DNA of 61,194 nt, counting the filler. It is 7 parts of 7 records of this genome, joined end to end, with 100 filler letters (N's around TTAATTAATTAA, not from the genome) between each part and the next. Parts side by side here need not be neighbours in the genome. Positions count along the whole stretch, not along the records: positions 47,036 to 51,669 come from SRR7504441_682; positions 51,770 to 56,611 come from SRR7504441_685; positions 56,712 to 61,194 come from SRR7504441_686; 4 more parts are not named here. One strand, written 5' to 3'. Below, piece by piece: positions 47,229 to 60,100 of this stretch. The notes under the pieces are model-generated. The model did no database searches. It was not told where the DNA came from and saw only the letters and a list, made by a program, of their open reading frames with translations. Position 1 is the stretch's first letter; each line of letters starts with the position of its first letter. The translations under genes were made by a program, and so were the position numbers.

Positions 47229-50200
47229 ATGCCAGGGTGTCTGGATCGGCGAGTGCGAGCGGTGGCGGTGATGGCGGTGATGGCGCTGGCGGCGATGGCA
47301 ATTCAAGAGGACGAGACTGTGTCGCTCGACAGCACCGATGACTACCCCGAGTATCACCTCGAAATGGAGCGCGGGCGTGGTGCCGCCCCCCCCGCCTGGC
47401 CGCCGCAATCGAGGGTGGGACCAGTCGAGGCGGTCGCAGCCCGGGTCAGACTGGGCGACGTGCTGAACGCTCGGACGGCCGCACGCGATGAGGCTGATAA
47501 CGCCGGCGAGCAACAGGCCGGCGCCCAAACGGCCCAGCCGAAGGGTGAGCCACCGCTCGCTGCGGGAGGAGGGAGCCGCCGGGCAGGGGTGGTGGCGGTG
47601 GACCCCATGGTTGACAGCATAGTGATGACTAGACTCCGCGGGGCCATTGATCAGATCCGGTCCGCAGCCGATGGGGCCATCGCCAAGACCGAGCGGCGGG
47701 CGCGAGCTTCCAAGCTGGCGGTACATCACGCGGTGGCGGCGGCCAAGCGCGATGCCGGAGCCAAGGCACTCGGCCGGGGCGGGGGTAGGGGGCGAACATC
47801 TGGGGGTAGGTGGCCAGCATTAGGCGATGGTCTGTTGAGCAGATCCGCGATGCCAAGGAACGAGTTGCTCAGGACAACATCGCTATCGAGGCTGAGTCAC
47901 AGCAGGAGCGGAGGATGGTAGAGGCCGGCGACAAGGAGACGCGGGATGGTATCGCCACGGTGGTCAAGGACGAGGCGGCTTGGGCTCGCACCGGGATAGA
48001 CGAGGCAAAGGTCGAGTCCGAACATCAAGCGAGGATAGGGTACGCCAGGATGATGATGATGCAGAAGCAGGAAAATGAAAGGATCGAGAAGCACAGGCGA
48101 CGGGAAGAAAAGGCACGGATGAAAGCGGCACAGGACGCGGTGCTGGCGGCGGTAAAGGAGGAGATCGTGCGGAACATGGAGATCGAGGACAGGATGGACC
48201 AACTCAAAGAGCAGGCTGAGCAGGAGCAGAAGGCCACCGCCAAGAAACTGGAGGCCGAGCGGGCAAAGGTGGCCGCGCTCGAGCGACGGGCGGACGAGGT
48301 TCGGAATAAGCAAGCCAACGCCGAGGCCAAGTCGAGAGAGAGCTCCACGAAGGCCCAGCGCCGCGCCGATGTTGCGATTGCACGGGCGCGCGAGAAATCG
48401 GCGGAGGACACCTCCAAGCAGCGCGCTAAGGAAGCCCGAGCCAAGGCGGTCCAACAGGACCGGTCCGAGCGCGAAGGCAAGGCCAAGGTGAAGGCGCTGA
48501 GCCTCTCATTTGCCGAGGAGCAAAGGATGCTCCAAGAGCTCGATGCAAGCATCGCTGCAGCCACCGCCACGCATGAGGCTCAAGCAAAGCAGGAGCACAC
48601 CGCGCGGATGGCTGCCGAGCAGGCTAATGAGGCAGCTAAGAAGTCAGCGCTTCAGGCTACGCTGCAGAGGGCCAGTGAGGAGCTTGCTGTGCTGCGCCAG
48701 GCTGAGGACACAATGAGACTGGACCAACCGCGCAGCACTGTGGATGGCCGTCCGTGTGTAACACCGTACTACTATCAGGGCGCCCAACATTCAGGATGTT
48801 TAGCTGATCCCAACTATTACGGTGCGCAGGGGCAAGGATGGTGTCCAGTTGGAGTGATTGGCAGCAAGTGCTTTGCCCAGGCCCCAACGCACAGTGAGCA
48901 GGGTAGCTGCACCGAATGGACCAAAGATGCCGCCGGCAATCCAACTGGGAAGTGGGCTGCTTGTGCACTTGGGCCTGTGCAGCACATGTTCTCTCAAGCT
49001 CCAGGCCGGCCAGTGGGCGCCTGTGGCCGTGAGGACGCGATAGTGAGCGCACCAGCCACCAGCAGCAGTCAGGCAGCTGCCGTGTGCTCGGGGATCCCAG
49101 CCTGTGTGAGCTACGCGTGGGATGCAACGTCACTGGTTGTACATGCGTGCGGTGTGGACACTGCAGGTCAGAACGGTGTAATCCAATCGCTGGAGCCAGT
49201 GAACGGATGGGAATCCGGCGACAAGCAAGGGGAGATGACCAAGGAGAAGATCGCCGAAGCGATAGGTCGTGCCAAAATCAAGGCCAACGATGCAGAGACG
49301 GCTCTGCTTGTTGCTCAGAGCGAGGCCAGCTTGCATGAGGACCAGGTCAATGCACAACTCGGAGACTCAGGTGCTGTGTCGGTGCCCGAGAAATTGTCTC
49401 AGAACCGGGAGGCACAGAAACAGAAGGTTCAGAAAGAGTTGTTCGAACTGAACCAAGCTGAGCAGCTAGAAGTTCGGGCAGAGCAGGCTGCAGCCGCTGC
49501 ATACGAGACTGAGAGAAAGGCTGAAGACGAGGCAGTGAAGGCGGCACACTTTCAGACTCAAGAACTTCAGCGGTCAGAGAAGCTAGTCTCCTCTGCTGAG
49601 GAAGAAGCAGAAAAAGACCAGGAGGCCCTGAATTCCATTGCAGAGGATTTGGTTGCCCTCGAAACTGAAAAGAAAGTGAGTAAGCATACTATCCAAGGCA
49701 CTAAAGCAGAGCTCAGCGATCAGAAACAGTTGGAAGCGCAGGAGAAGTCGGCTGCAAAGGAGGCCAAGAAAGTAGTCGAAAATGCAGAGGAGAAGCTTGT
49801 GCCCGAAGGAAGCTACGCACATGCAGTGACACTTGCTAAAGAGGCGCACAAGAAGCTTGAGCAGGCGGAGGGCAGAGAAAATTTAGCCAGGGCTGTTATG
49901 TTTGATAGCATGAGGGTCTTTGACAGGAAGCAGAGGGCAGCAAAGATGATGCAGCTCAAGCTGGGTGAGCTGAGGGATGCTGCAGAGAATGAGGCCGCCA
50001 ACGGAGAGGCCCCTCAGCTCGTAGATGTTGTGACTGTGGATCTAACTCTGAATGTTTCTGTTGAACGCATTGACAAGGGTTCAATAGAAGCTGGAGCAGC
50101 TAGCTTGGTCGGAGTTTTGCCAGATCAGATTTCTGTCATCAAGATGACTGGACTAGCCAAGCCAAAAAGCGAGGTGACCATCCAATTGGTAGATCCGCTT

Positions 50201-51669
50201 GATAGCGACCAAAGTCAATCATCAGCTTTCAGAGAAATCACAGCAGAGGTCTTCACTGGCAAGATTCTTGGTGACACCCAAGTTGCAGCATCCCGCTTTG
50301 TTAGTCGCAGGAAACAGCAGGTAGTTCCAGCAAAGCTAATTCATTGTTCGCTCACACTAGACACCCCAGCCTTTGCGCTAGACCGTACCCTAGTCAAGGA
50401 ACAAGCAGCAGGGATCTTGAGGATCCTTCCAAATCAGGTCTCCATTGTCAACGAGACAGCCGCCAATCCGAGCAACGACAAGTCAATCAAGCCAGCTCTG
50501 GTCAACCTGGAGCTAGTCGACAAGTCTGGGACAGATCCAAAAGAGACACCAGTACTGGAGCGACTGCAGGGTCAACCATTTGACGGCAGGGTTGTGGGGG
50601 GAGTCAAAGTTAAGAGCTTTGGTGAGCCTGTTGTGCAAAAGCGTGCTGTCTTACAAGCGCTTGATCCAAACTCCCCTCAAGCACAACTCGATAAATATGA
50701 GAACGAGGTTGAGACTGCTGTTGCCAAAATGAAGCAAACTGCAAGCCATTCTGAGCATGCAAAGGCTGAGTATGACCGCCGGACGTTGGACAGAAAGGTG
50801 GCAAGTGACGAGGCGAAGCGATTGGAGAGCAAGGCTGAGGATATATTAGAAGCTGAGAATGCGAAACAAGAAGCTGAGAAAGCTGCTATGCGAGAGGCAG
50901 CAGCAAACGCAGCAAAGATAGCAGTTGAAGCTCTTGATAAAGCCACACTCAAGTATCAACTTGGGAAAAGCCAGTTGAGTGAAGCGAAGCTGAGGTCTGA
51001 AGAGACACAGGATGAGGCCATCTTTGTAATGAAAGCATTTGAGCAGGATGACTCAGAGACTGCGGAAAGGGAAATCAAGGAAGACGCACTCGTTGAGCAA
51101 GTATCTGCCAAGTTGGAGTCAATGGATCTCAAGGAGACCCAGTGTAAGCTCGAGTCTCTGAAGATTAAGCATGAGCGGAAGCACATGCTTACTGTTCAGC
51201 TTGAGGTGAACCAGTGGGAGCAGCAGATGCATACCTACCAGCAGGCGCTGGCTACAAGCCACAGAAGCGTGGACAGCCAGAACAAGGACAGTTTGTATGA
51301 TGGCGTCTCGCTTGGAATATCTCAAGATAGTAATGTCCCAAGTGTCTCACTTCAGGCCCTAGCATATCAGGAGCTGCGAGACAAAATGAAGCAATCGAAT
51401 GACCTCTTCAGTGTAAACAGAAGATTGTTGCAGAGCAATGAGAGCAATGATGAATTAACGGTGTCACCCACTGCGTCTCTCACAAAAGAGCGGACTAAAC
51501 AGCCAACGAAACAGCCAACAGAGACTCCAACAAAAGAGCCAACGAATCAGCCAACTCAAGGTCCCACGACATTTCCAACACATGACCCAACTAAAGCGTC
51601 AACACTCACGCCAACTGAGCAACCTACAGGTGCTCCTAGCGCAGCTCCATCAGATGCTCCAAGCTCTGC
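47229..51669 (+). CDS. Large secreted/surface protein: signal peptide, coiled coils, fibronectin type II-like and Cys-rich modules, PT-repeat stalk (3' truncated)
   Basis: AVAVMAVMALAAMA signal; TVDGRPCVTPYYYQG..GC..WC (FN2-like); two similar beta-rich modules; PTKQPTETPTKEPT repeats; a few introns near the 5' end. Confidence 0.65.
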
Positions 51670-52021
51670 NNNNNNNNNNNNNNNNNNNNNNNNNNNNNNN
51701 NNNNNNNNNNNNNTTAATTAATTAANNNNNNNNNNNNNNNNNNNNNNNNNNNNNNNNNNNNNNNNNNNNGCTCCCGAAGCTCCTGCTCCCGAAGCTCCTC
51801 CGGTGGAGGGTGCTGCCGAAATGGCTGCTCCTGAGACTCCGTGAACACTATTTACTATACAAGTAACTTATAATTAATGCGAGTTACATTAAACAAGATT
51901 TATTTCAACCCGAGCCTATCTAAACGAGCAACTGTGTACACAATCATAAAGTCGTCACATAAATAATTGTAGACTACGTCACGTGGACTTGGAAAGCTCG
52001 CAAGCGTACGTAGTCAGAGTG

Positions 52022-55000
52022 TCAGACATTTAGATCATCCATCTCCACAGTGGGCTGTGCGCGCTCCTTGGCAGTGATCAGCCGGTCCCTGCATCCATTG
52101 TTATACGGTACTCAAGTGGAATGATTGCGCTTGCCTATCAGGCTCCAGTCCAACAGGCTCGTCGAGTTTTGCAATGCACCTGTTGGAGTATGCTGGAGTC
52201 ATTTCAAATAGAAGCATCAAGCGCACCGGTATGTGACTGTTTTGCCCAGTAACATGCCCAAAATGAGGCAGCAGCAGCTGGCCTGGCCCACCCTTCTGCC
52301 CGGGCCCAAATACCGGATGCGTACAAAGAATAGCACGGTGACAGTCGAAGTGTTAGAGCTGCTGTACTGCGCCTGGCCCAGCATAATGCAAATACAGTTT
52401 CAATGCACCTGGACCACCACCGCCAGAATGCTTGCTGCAAAGAAGCTTGCCCCTGCAATTATCTGCGAAGGAGGCACTGTTCAGTTGCATTCTACCAGAC
52501 AGAGGAGACCGCAAGGCTCTGAACTGCCTCAGCTGTATAGCCAGCAGCCAGACCGAGGAAGAGGCAGGCTGCCAAAAGCATAATATAGAGGAGTACCCAG
52601 TCATCCTCATTGTCAAGGCATGCTGCAATGAACCTGCACAGTTGTCTGACCAGCACTGCTAGTCTCTCTAGCGGCAATCACCCGCATAAATTGACCCATG
52701 TAGCTGCGACATAACCGCATCCCATCGCCTGGCTTTCACTGATGAGGTCTAGCTTGCACAGACTATTGCCTGATTTACTACTGGGATGCTGAATGGCTCT
52801 TCCCATCCTACATATACAGCCAGCACACCTGCCCCAAGTCTAGCCCTGGCACCCTAGAGAGCTAGCACCAGTGGCCAGACAGCTGAGCCCCGTAGACACC
52901 TGCGGCGTGTCGGACAGCAACACCTGTGACCTTGGCTAGCTCTGCTGGGCACAACCACGGTATACAGCGGTAGCAGCTAGTGGGAGGCGCATGATGTTGG
53001 CCAGCATCAAGTAGAGAGGCCGAGCGAGCAAGTCCACCCCTGGATCGGGGAAGAATGAGGCGTACCTGCTCACAGCTCGCATCATGCCGCGGCCGGGAAC
53101 AAACGTGGTGAGCGTTGCGTGAGGCAGGTAGAGTGAGAATCCAAGCAGCGACAATACAGTCCACGCCTGACACAGATTAGCCGAATGAGGTGCGTGCAAA
53201 CCTGATGCAGCGGATCCTTGAAGCACTGCACTGTGCCTTTCGTCTCGATTAGCGTCACTTCAGGGTGTTGCCGATACCTGTCACATGACTGTCAGGACTG
53301 CTGTATTTTGCAGATGGAGAGACACCGACAGTGCAGTGCTTTGCAGAGCCAAGAGACGTACACGAAGTATCCAGCAGAGGCAAGCGCTGGCATCACCCAT
53401 TTGCTCACCAGCGTGACAGTCTGCCATCCCGGTTTCAAGCCCACGCCTTTCTTGCCCATGCCTTCTCTCTGCAACCACGCGGGTCGTCCAGGGTCTCCAG
53501 ATTAATGTTGGCAGTAATGTGCACCTGCCAAAAGCATCACTATGCCATCACTATGGTCATATATACTCCAACAAGCCAGAGAACCAGTAGCGTGGCGGTC
53601 AGCGCAAAACCCACTTCCATACTGTCTAGCCAGCTGCCAAAGTCGATCCAAAGAAACCGGCACATCCCACCCAGCGAGTCGGACGCCTGACATGGGACTC
53701 ACAAAGCAACAGGTCGAGTTACCTGGTCAGGCCAGCCAACAGAGGTGCTGAACGACGCGGTAATAAATTGGAACAAGCCCAGCACCAGCAGAACTACCTC
53801 CAGCCAGTTCTGCCAATTATTGCGCATCGTGCTTGACATCGGGCGGGTCGAGTCCAGTGTGTACCTAGAGTATTCAGTCAACCCAAGTGCAAGCGAAAGG
53901 TTTGGCACTCGTTCAGCCCCTGGCCAAGCAGCGACCGTCTAACAAACGCGCTTGCGCAGAGCAGCCAATAAAGCCCAAGTTGGATGGAAACCAGCAGTGG
54001 ACCAAGCCAGCTATTGTCCCGACCATAAACTATCAGCAGGACGGCGGTGAGAGCTGGGAGCAGGCAGAGTCCAATGCAGAGTCCAAATGCCGCCTCTCGC
54101 CCAAACAAGCCCGAGAGCGCCTGCAAGCCAACACAGTTAGTCTGGCCCCAAAAGAAGGCAGCTACCTGCCGACCAACCGAGTCCAGTACCGCTGTGGCAA
54201 CTCTTGAGAGTGCGCGCAGAGCCACCACACGCCATGAAAAGCTGCGGCCGTTGGGTGTCGAAGCTGGCTCTGGCTGCCAGGGTCGGCGCCAGTCTCGGAC
54301 TAGCCACGGGAGCCCAACCAATGAGATACACACCACAAACAGGCAGAGCCCAGCCAGCAGTCCACCGCACACAGGATGCTGTATAGGCATGCGTTCAGCA
54401 AGCGCAGGCTGTTTATGCAACCTGCTCCACCCATCTCTCCAGCCCTGGTCGGGCGTGTGTGGCAGGGTCGCACTTGTCAAAGCACAACTCCAGCTCTACC
54501 CGGTGCTGAGCCGCGCTCAGCGCCAGCCTGGGAGCTCAGTATGCCTGATCTTCACTCATCCAACGGAGTGCCTGGCTCATTTTGCGCCGCAGCTCGGCTG
54601 CCTCTGGTGTCGAGCCAATGGTCCGTTCAGTCTGAGGTCCAGTCTGCCTGAACTCAGCCGCCGCCACGCAGCTGGAAAACCTGGTGGCAGAGCTGCTCGA
54701 TGAACTCGAGCAGCTCGTCAGGCAGCCGCCGGCCCAACTGGAGTTGCACCCGCCGCCGAAGCTCACTCGGACTGGGCGCTTGCAGCTTTTGCGCAGCCTG
54801 CTTGGCGGCCTGCTGCATCACCTGACCGAATGTGACGACTAGTTGCTTGCACGGCAGACCTGCAGTTGGAGCATCTGCTTGGCTGCTGGCTCCAGGACTT
54901 GACCCACCACCACCTGGCCCACAAAAATCACGCTGACTGACTATGGGCAGCAGCATGCATTCGTGACCAACCAGGCATCTCACCTGCACTCGCTTCCGGA

Positions 55001-56546
55001 GCTCGTTGGTGATCTCTGGCAGGCTCTCCGCGCTGATGACTCGGCCCTGGCTCACCTTCTGTATCAGTTCCGGCAAATCGACCCTGCTCCAAGGTGTCAG
55101 ACAGTCATCAGCTGCTAGGCGCACTGGGCCTCTATCTGATGGATCTGTTGTCTGGCTGCACTGGGCTGCTCGCGCTTGGCTGCAGGCTTGAAATTTTTCA
55201 TGTGCTCGCCATGCTCTTTAAGAAGCAGCAGCAGCAGCAGCAGCAAGCTGCATTGGATTCCGTCCACCCAGACCTGCTTTCCACGTCAGCCTGCACGCTA
55301 CAAACATTGATCCCACCTGTACCAACCTGTGTCTGGCTGCATACTCAAAGAACGGCTCGTTGGCCCGCAGTGCCTGCCCTGCCGGATCGAGCAAGCCCCA
55401 GCTGAACTACCCTCCCCTAGCCCTAATCCAGCCCTAACAGCTGCCTGCTTCATGTCCTTCAGACCGTCGTCCTGATACCGTAGCAGCACCTATCCCGGGC
55501 TGACCGCCCCCCCGCCTGTGCTCGCTACCCCGTCACAGACGTCTTCGAACCGAACCGGTCCCTCATCACAGACCCATCCGAAACCCGGTTTGGCCAGCCG
55601 TTCGGCGCAATCTCGCAGCTGCCTCAGCTGCTCCCTCGTCCCGAATATCGCCTAGCCGCTTGGTTACGCCGGTCTGACTATGTGCCTGACCTCGATTTGG
55701 CTGGCTGGGATCAGCTCCGCTGCCGCGGTAAGCTTCTGCACCCGCCGTCAGAGAAGGGATCAACCGCCGCTGCCTGATGCAGGTGGTCCATGTGGCTCAG
55801 CACCAGGTTCAGCCGGTGCTCCTGCCCGGGCTAGACCAGCCCCCCCGGCCGGCCGGCCCACCGAGTCCCGCTCGTCCCGGCTGGCAGGGTTGAGCTTGAT
55901 CCGCTCCGTGGCCCACCTAGCCCGGGCTCGCACCCCAGCCCAGCCCGCCGTGGCACCATCTGATCTTGTCCAGCAGCCGACTCAGCTCCGGTTGCAGCGC
56001 CAGGAAGCCCACCTGCCCCTGTTCAGCCCCCGACCGAGCCGGTCCAGACGCCTGGCTGACGAACAGCAGCTGGGTGCCCCGCGGCTCCAGTACGGCTAGC
56101 TTGCCCGGATCGTAGGTGTTGCCCTTGCGCCCGACCTGCTGGTGGGTCTCCTGCTGGGTGGCGATATAGTTGGTCAGGCTCAGCTGCCCCCCCGGCTCGG
56201 CCCGTCTCGGCACCCGGCGCACGTTCATCTCGAGCGCCCGGCCCAGCCGCTCTATCGCCAGCTCGCCCGCCCAGACCGCCGCAGGCAGCTCCTGGATCAC
56301 TGCGCGCACCACCGCCGGCACTACGTCTTCCAGCCGGCCGCTCAGGCTGGCCCGCAGCTCGGCCTCGGCGCTCAGCTCAGCCCGCGGTGCCGGGGCGGCA
56401 GCCGAGCTCGGCCGCGTCGGCACTCGGAGGTCGGGCCGGCACTGGCGGCAGCCGTGGCCCCGGCAGTGCAAGCAGGCGTCGGCGGGCCTGTCTCGATGCG
56501 GCCAGGTCCTGACCGAGTCGACGAGCTCGAGCAGGCCGCCGGACAT
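52022..56546 (-). CDS. Hypothetical large multipass membrane protein, intron-rich
   Basis: MSGGLLELVDS start with CLHC..CRQC motif; exons joined by ~40-nt introns; many hydrophobic segments between 52300 and 54400; 3' end approximate. Confidence 0.45.
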
Positions 56547-57143
56547 TGCCCTCAAGAGCCGCCTCGGCGCCTTGTGGCCAACGTCCGTATGATTTTCGTT
56601 TATTGTATTACNNNNNNNNNNNNNNNNNNNNNNNNNNNNNNNNNNNNNNNNNNNNTTAATTAATTAANNNNNNNNNNNNNNNNNNNNNNNNNNNNNNNNN
56701 NNNNNNNNNNNCGATTCTTTTTAAAATTTATGTGCACATGCCCACTCAGCATCTTCTCTGACCGCCCTGGTCGGAGATCGGTCGTGCTGTTAGACCTCTG
56801 CCTTGGGGCTGCCGGCCTCCGCTGGTTTATGGGAATTTTCAATATGTCCCCCCCTCTCAGATGCAAGTATCCCCTATGATACCTTGAGTCAGTCAGTACA
56901 GATCTTCACTGAGTCAGTTGCAGAAAACCCCATGCAACTGCTGACCCGAATGGAGGATTGTATGTTTCAATGTGTACCCCTATGATTCTAAAACAAAGGT
57001 GTATTTAGTGAGTTGATTGGATGTAAGTATTGTAATTTTGAAAAAGTGTGCTCGTGAACTTGAAGCGGCAGAACGGTAGCGCTCACCCATCGGCCAGCGC
57101 AGTGAAGAATTAAATAACGGAAACCTTCGGCCTTGTGTCAGCG

Positions 57144-60100
57144 ATGGTGCGGACAGTTGGCAAGGAGACGAGCCTGTCCGGGATGACGCCGATGACCGGG
57201 AAGGAGCCGGCCCGGGGCCGGGCCCTGCCCACGATGGGCTCCGACCAGCGCCTGGCGGACCACGTGCTCGCCGATGACGACAGGCCACAACGGCACGAGC
57301 CGTCCGACCAGCAAATCTTCAGCGACGGCCGGCCGCAGAAAACAGTGTTAGACAAGGCGCTCGAGTCGGTTGGCGTGACCCCCAGCTGGGTGTTTGAGTG
57401 GTCCCCCACGGTCGAGTACCCGCACTTCCAGGTGTGTGCCGCGTCGGCCAGAGGGCCAGCCGAGGATAGGTACCGTGCGACCAAAACTTCTTCCGTTCGC
57501 CGTGGTACCTGCGCTTCTTCGACGTGATCAACATCCTGCTGTGCCTGGACCAGATCTCCGGAACCTTCCGGTCCGTTCCGCGGCCCGCCGTTGTTGACCG
57601 GCGGCCAGCTCGATGACCATGGCCTATATCTCGTACGGCGCCATCATCCTGTTCGTGGTCGCGGTATACTCCCGTTACTACGGTGTCCCCTACCGCCCCA
57701 AACGCTTCACCGCCGGGGGAGCAGATCCGCCGGATGTTCCGGAGCCTTGGGACAATCTGACGGTGCGGGGCGACCCCCAGGGAGATCTGACAGCGTTGAC
57801 AGGACACGCTGATTCTAGTGGTTTACTTCACAATTCTGACCTGCATCGCACTGCCAGCCAACGGCGGCCAGCACTCGCGGTCCCGGAGGTGGACCCACGT
57901 CATCGGGCTGGGCGGCTGTGCGGTTGGCTGATGCTCGACGGCTCACTTTTGAGTGGCAGGTGTGCTGCTGATGCTTCTGGTTGTGACGAGCGATCTCTGG
58001 TGCGGTTACCTTCCTAATAAGGGAATAACCAGTTAACAGGGACGACGTCTTCAAGCTCAACACGCTCGGCCAAGGCACCCCCCCCCCCCCCTCTAATCAG
58101 GCTGCGTACGAGCCTAGCCCAGGCGCCATCACGGTTTGCTTCATCCTGCTCTGCTTTCTCAGTCTCGCAAACCTGCTTGCACTCGCCGAGATCTTCTGCC
58201 CGTGGATCCCCAGCCTCTCCCGCCACGGGTTTACCACAGCTTCGCTGGCTGAGGTACACTCGTACATGTATGTGCGCGACTTGCTGCTCCCGGTCCCACC
58301 GGCCCCCGCCCGGCCTCGAGTGCTCAGCCGATCATACAACTACATGGACCTCGAATGGTGCGGTTACCTTCCAAATAAGGCAATAACCGGTTAACAGGGA
58401 GTCGCCGCGGTCGCTCAACGGCAACGTGGTGAGCTATCAAGTGCTGGTGCAGGCCTCAGACGTCGGATGGAACGGACCGTTCAAGGAGATCATCGCAGAC
58501 GCCCGGGAGCGGCCCAAGCCCGACAGCAAGGATAAGACGCCGGACGACATGCCGTACAAGCACAACTACGAGGAGGACGAGCCAATGCTTTCTCAGGACG
58601 ACGGGGTGAGAGGCGCGATTCCGTGCCTGATGGTGGAGGAGTCGACCCGCAAAGTGCGCTGCCGGGTGTCTGGGCTGGACCCGAGCACGAGGTACGCGTT
58701 CAAGATCCGAGCGGTCACGCCCAAGCCTGCCATACCGGTCAAGCGGGACGGCGATTGGGTTGTGCCGGCCCAGAAGACGCCCGACGGTGAGTGGGAGCTG
58801 CTGCCAGAGTTCGCAGACGAGCAAAGCTGGTCGGACGACTGGAACCCGGACTCGTTTCTCGACTCGGCGGGCGGGCTGTTCTACGGAGGCGGCCGGTACG
58901 GGCGGCAGAGCCAGGCCTCTTGGGCTATCCCGACCCTGCCACAGCCGCCTAGCAAAGGCTGTTTCGACTCGCCGGTTGCGGCGGAGGATGTGGCGATGGA
59001 TGTGCCGCTGCCGCCGGACTGGAAGCACGACAAGAAGGAATTCATGTCTGTGGCAGAGTTCCCTACTCCGGACGATTGGTGCCGGTATATGATGTCCGAG
59101 AAAGGGATGAACTGCACCACCGAGGAGACGCTAGACACGCTGCTGACAGAGCTGAGCGAGCAACAGTGCACAAAAGTCGCACTGCTCCCAGACAGGCGAG
59201 CAGACTACAGTATAATAGTACACCCTAACCCTAACCCTAACCCTCTCCCAGATAGGCGAGCAGACCATAGTATAGTATAATAGTACACAGTCGTAGTGCA
59301 GCATAGTCTAGTCATCTGGACTAGGCACCGCCACCAGTTCTTGCTCAGCGTGAATGTGTGGCAGGCGGGATTACCGAGGGTTCATCGACTTGTGCCTAGC
59401 CTTCTACTGGCCACAGCCAGACACTGAGAGCCCATTCTGTCGAATGAAGTTCAAATATTTCATCCAGTAAGCCCCGGCTGAAGCTACAGGCTGACTCTGT
59501 GGGCGCAGCACGCTGCCTCCTAAGATCCGGGGCACGATCCTGCTCGGAATTGGGATCTTCATCGTCCTAATTGCACTCGCTGTTTACAGTCAGAAAGAGA
59601 CACTCGACTATATCGCCGAGCAGCGAGACGAGAACTATGATGCGTGGAAGGTACTAAGCGCGATTGAGTCAGAGCTGGTGTACACAATAACCACCTATAG
59701 CTCAGTGGTTGCGTCGCTTAGCACGAATGCGGTCTCGCAGCCTGGTGGGACCTACATTCAGAGTATGGTTCGGGCGGCATATAATTCGATTTCTTCCGCT
59801 GAAGACATGCTGTGGGAGAACTATGTGACCTGGCTCCACATGTACGATCCAACAGCAAGTGACCTTTTGGCTGGGTGCTGCGGCGCTGACCCATGTGCTT
59901 CAGTTGCGTTCTCTTGCGCCATTGGTATTGCAGGGACAATGACCTTCATCTCGCTGCCATGCTCCATACTGGTGCGTGTCTTGCCCCTGAGTGCTTGCCG
60001 ATCCAGTGGGTTAGGCCTACAAGAAGAAGCTTCAGGATTTCAGGATTGGCCAGCAGACCTTCTACGTGGACCATGAGCTGTATGAGGGCTACCACTGCAC

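Noticed and set aside
55224-55245. CAG repeat as polyglutamine
   Set aside because: The coding strand appears to be minus, where it reads as a poly-Leu run in the membrane-protein gene.
13219-56711. Repeated TTAATTAATTAA flanked by Ns as a biological repeat, and gene neighbourhoods across it
   Set aside because: Artificial concatenation linker; adjacency across linkers carries no information.
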